A model generated the notes under the pieces. That model was not told the origin of the DNA, ran no database searches, and saw only the letters and a program-made list of their open reading frames with translations. The position numbers and the translations under genes were made by a program. A stretch of DNA of 57,518 nucleotides, the filler included, from Basidioascus undulatus (taxonomy: Eukaryota): the NCBI GenBank assembly GCA_000826855.1. It is 4 parts of 4 records of this genome, joined end to end, with 100 filler letters (N's around TTAATTAATTAA, not from the genome) between each part and the next. Parts side by side here need not be neighbours in the genome. Positions count along the whole stretch, not along the records: positions 43,274 to 57,518 come from JTLS01000744.1; 3 more parts are not named here. One strand, 5' to 3'. Shown here one piece after another: positions 53,345-57,518 of the stretch (positions are counted from its first letter, which is position 1; each line of letters opens with the position of its first letter).

Positions 53345-54972
53345 GATATTCATCTTTCAAAGATGAATACTTAAGAGCCCATTACCACCGTTTCGAGGCA
53401 GGCTTCTTCGAAACTTTGAAGCTCAAGTCTTCTCTGATGGCACTGAAGCGGGAAAGGTTTCGTGGCCCACCCTAAGTATGGATTACTGGCATTCGCCCAT
53501 TGTCCGACCTGCTTGCGACCCTGCTTAAATAACTGGATGCTAAGTGCAGTACTGGGTGCTGGACTACGTGGACGACATAGTTCGAAATTTTCCTTGCAAA
53601 GTTATAAGCTCTACTGCACGTATAGACGGGCGACATACCGCCGCGTGTGCACGGCTCCGACTTGTCGAACCCACTCACAAGTTGCGCCTTGAGGTCCACA
53701 CTTTGGCATAACATCGGATTAATTCAAAGGACTCTAATGATTAAAAGGGAGACACTTCACAGCCTATCTTAACCGTTTCAGCTGAACGCTCACTGGTGGT
53801 AGTCAGCCCAAGCTGAGTCCGCCCATCGCTCAAACCGGTAAGGGACCCTGAACGAGGTCGTGCCATACATTTTTATGCTATAATATTAGATTGTATTGTA
53901 CCATAAGGAAGTTACGGAACAGCCACTGACTGATAACGACCGGTCCGAGCAGTAAAGGGACTCTTGAGCTGTGTGCTCCCGAATCTCTGCAGTATGCAAG
54001 ACCGGAACGGTGGTTGTGCAAGGCGGTGTACCCCTCAACCTGATCATTTGCATCGAGGCTTCTCTTCAGTATGATTAATCTTTGATCAAGGCTCATGTGT
54101 ATTACAGGAGGTCCTGGGTCGGAATCATAAAAGACAGCATCGCCGTGGACTGGCCGTGCTCTACAACTGTCTCGCTGACCCTCCCTCCCGGCCACAAGCG
54201 TGGCCTTCTCCCTTCTTTCGCTTTGTGACTTAGATCGCATCATTTACCAAACGGGTCGCTGGACCTTGGCTTCGCCGCTCCTAAAAAACGCGATTGTAAG
54301 AGGTGAAAGACTGGCGGTCAACGTTGTTACGTTGCAGGCGGTCAGGCGGGACTCAGAGTATAGTACAGCCGCACACTTCCGTATTGCCATTTGATTGCTG
54401 TAACATGAATTACATGCACTTGCACCGCTCTCGACTATCAGGACAAGTCAGGACTCAACGTTGTCAGTCCGCAGCCGGTCCGCGGCGGACCCGCCTGTGC
54501 TCGGCCCCTTGCCAGGCCGACCCAAGTCGCGTCGATCCATTTCGCGTTGCCCCTTGGCCTGTCTGGCACCCACCAACGACCACGCTCACCACCGCCCTGC
54601 GCTGTGATTTTTTTCCTGGGCTGTGACTGGATCTCGGATTGTTCTGAGACGGTGTGGATAGACGGTGAGTGTGTGTCCGCAGGGGTGTCCAGCACGAAGG
54701 TCGTCGAGGATCAGGTGGACTGCGTGGTTTGGATTTGGTTTGGGACTGGCATTGGCATGGCGCTGTGAGCGGTGCTTGGCTCTTCAGGCTAGAGAGCTTC
54801 AATATCTGGAATAAAGAGGAATAACCGCTATAGTTTGGTGGGAAATGGCTAGAGCTGAATGGGAGGAACTCTACGATTGGCCGTGCAAGCAGCTGATGCT
54901 GATGCTCCTGCCCCTTTGTCCCCTGCAGGATTGCGCCGTCCCTTGCCCCCTCTGCGCACCCAACAGTCGATC

Positions 54973-57518
54973 ATGACCCGCCTGCAAACGACTCTGACAG
55001 CGGTTGCGACACTGGTCTCCCTCTCCGCCGCCACGCCGTCCGCGTTCTCGTCCCCGCAGCCGATCCCGCTCCTGCAATGGATCAACCTCACCCCCAGCAT
55101 CGCAGGCTCGGGCCCGCCCCCGCTCGCGCATGCAATGCTCGGCTACAGCGGCGATGCCGGCGGGGGAACGGGAGACCAGGGGAGGGTCATTCTGTTTGGC
55201 GGAGAGTGCGTCCATGTCCACCCAACCACCTCTCTCGCTCCCCCCTTTGCTCTGCGCTGACATTCTTTCCGCAGATCATCATCTCAGCTCCCCCAAAGCC
55301 AGACCTATATACTCTCCCTCTCCGATCTCACCTGGCGCGCCGCACATCCCCCCGCGGGCCTCACTGACACCCCACCCGCTCGCGCAGCGGCCCTTACCGC
55401 CAACGACGCCGCGAGCAATTACCGCTCAAATTTCGTCGTATGGGGGGGGAGGGGCGAGGGAGGACAGGCGATGAATGACATGTGGGTAAGTGCCTGGGCT
55501 ATGCTGGTTGCATAGGGGTGACGGCGCTGATCAGTTGGGGTTGGGTGAGCAGGCCTTTCAGTGGGGTGCGTTCTTCCTGCGAGGGGTTGTTGAAACTGCA
55601 GTCCTCGCTGACATATTGTCACTCTGCAGGCTACGAGTTCTGGGCGTCCGTCTCCTCATCTGGAGCCTCACCCTCCGCTCGCTGGTCGCCCACAGGCGGG
55701 ACTCCCCCTCCCTCATCCCTGTCCACCTCCACATCCCTTACAACCACCCTTCTCCTCGCGGGCGGGCTCGATGCGTCCGGGGCAGCGTCAGGGGGTCTCG
55801 AGGAGGTGTGGCTTGGCAAGTTGAGCGGGACGCTGAGGTGCGTTCGCTAGCGTTGCGACATTAAAGGCGCTGGGCTGGTGCTAAGACGGTAGGAGAGGAA
55901 AGCCCGAATAACCTGCAGGACATGTCCCTCTCCTGGACGCAGCTTCCCAATCCATCCGGGTCCACCCCACCCGCGCTCGATCCGAACCTCACTTCCTCAA
56001 CCCTCCTCCCCTCCTTCCGCCTCCTCACCCTAACCAACACGACTCTCTCCTCGCTCTCCTTTTCCTCCTCCTCCGTCCCCTCAACCTCCTCCACGCCCTC
56101 CTCCACACTCTCCACACCCATCTGCCCAGCCCCCCGCGCCGGCGCACCGCTCCTTCCCAACCCGCAAACCTCCACGTCCTCCACGTCCTCCCTCTCCTCG
56201 CTCGTCTTCCTCCTCCCCGGCCTCGTGCCCTCCTCATACGCGCCCCTCACCCCGGGCGAAATAGGCATCTACAACGCGCGCACCGGGACCTGGTCGCGTG
56301 TGCAGCCCGCGCCGGACCCCTCGTCCTCCACCGCACCCTACCCGCCCGCGCGCTCGGGCACGGCCATCCTCCCTCTTTCCGGAGGCGTGAACCAGAGCAA
56401 CGGCACGGCGGACGTGCTCGTCTTTGGGGGGGTCGACGAGAATGGAACCTACTCGGACGAGGTGTGGCTGCTCCGCGCATACGCGGACGTGGTCAGCGCG
56501 AATACGAGCACGGATTTGGGCGCGCTGGGCAGCGGGCGCGATGCGGATGGGAGCGGCGTGGGGGTGACATTTCTGGAGGGGTGCGCGGAGACGGTGCGCT
56601 CGGATGAGGGGGAGACGCCCTCGCCGGATGGGAACGACGACGCGCCGGCGAGGGCCCCGGCGCACGCGGTGCTTTCGACCGTCTCCCTTGTCCTTCTCGC
56701 ACCCGCGCTACTCGCCTTCCGCGCGGACTGGACAAAGACGGGTGCGCTTCTGGGCGTGCCGGGCTACGCACTCGGGGTTGCCGGCATTGCACTGGGATTC
56801 ACGTCCTCCCACTCGTCTTCTTCTTCCACCTCCGCCCTCCCCCGCCGCGCAACGACCTCCGCATCAAGCGCGCTCTCGACCGCGCACGCCCGCGCGGGAT
56901 TTGCACTCTTCCTAATCCTGTACCTCCTGCTCCCCCTCCTTGGAATCACACACTACCTGCAGCACCACCGCCGCCGCACGCCGACCGAGCCGCCTTCCTC
57001 CCCCACACCAGCGCACATGAAAGAGCCCCTCCCCTCCGAGAAGCACGACCCGCCGCACACGCCGTCCTCTCCTACGCCCTCCGCACCAAAGCGCTGGTCC
57101 ATCTTTCCCCGCCGCCGCGCCCCCACTCTGCCTCCCCTACAGCCCCCACAGCCCAGCTTCGAAGTCGTCAACCGCCCCGCGCGCGCGCGTCCAAGGAAAA
57201 GCAGCGTCGCGAGCGAGCTCACGCTCGCTGGTGGGCCCGGCAGCGCGTCGGGGCACTCGCATTCCGCACATGGGCATGGGCATGGGCGAGTGAACAGTGC
57301 GGATTTGTTGGGGAAGAGCAGTTGGTTGGAACGCAGAGGGAGCATGGGCATCGGTGCGTCTTGTTTCCACGGACCAGGCGGAGAAAGAGGAGAGGGATAG
57401 GACGCTGATGGCGGGTGGGGTGCGTGAACAGTGAGCCAGCTCGACTGGGAGGCCTCGAGGGAGCGCCGTGCAGCTAAGGCAGCATGGCACAACGCCGCGG
57501 TCGCCGCGGCGGACGAGT
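54973..57518 (+). CDS. Kelch/galactose-oxidase-repeat membrane protein with signal peptide, 3'-truncated
   Basis: Signal peptide MTRLQTTLTAVATLVSLSAA; kelch-like VILFGGE, FVVWGG..NDMW, LLAGG..EEVW, PPARSG..VLVFGG..DEVWLL; then hydrophobic helices (HAVLSTVSLVLLAP, GYALGVAGIALGF, HARAGFALFLILYLLLP). Continues after intron 57354-57431. Confidence 0.8.

Overview
Eukaryotic, intron-rich fungal DNA (Basidiomycota-like; short GT-AG introns with CTRAC branch points). The window is four unrelated ~14.3-kb contigs joined by artificial 100-nt spacers (N44-TTAATTAATTAA-N44), apparently in descending length order, so adjacency across the spacers is meaningless. Apparently intact genes: TFIIIA-like 10-zinc-finger protein (5' partial), CPDase, Pho4-like bHLH, TDA3-like FAD oxidoreductase, SERCA Ca2+-ATPase, LEU2, a small secreted protein, Scc4/MAU2 (partial), an F-box protein, a small hypothetical gene, inositol polyphosphate 5-phosphatase (partial), a KRE6/SKN1 GH16 gene with about 41 exons, tRNA-Ile(AAU) and a kelch-repeat membrane protein (partial). 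Between them lie many intron-containing pseudogenes and fragments: a fungal-luciferase (Luz/DUF5519)-like gene, RidA, a YOR1-like ABC 5' fragment, a Zn2Cys6-type TF fragment, D-amino-acid oxidase, two F-box genes and a frameshifted secreted Cys-rich protein. Highlights are the decayed Luz-like gene, the 3-nt 'ATG' micro-exon with a GC donor in KRE6, and the density of gene decay. All family calls come from manual translation and remembered motifs; no searches were run.
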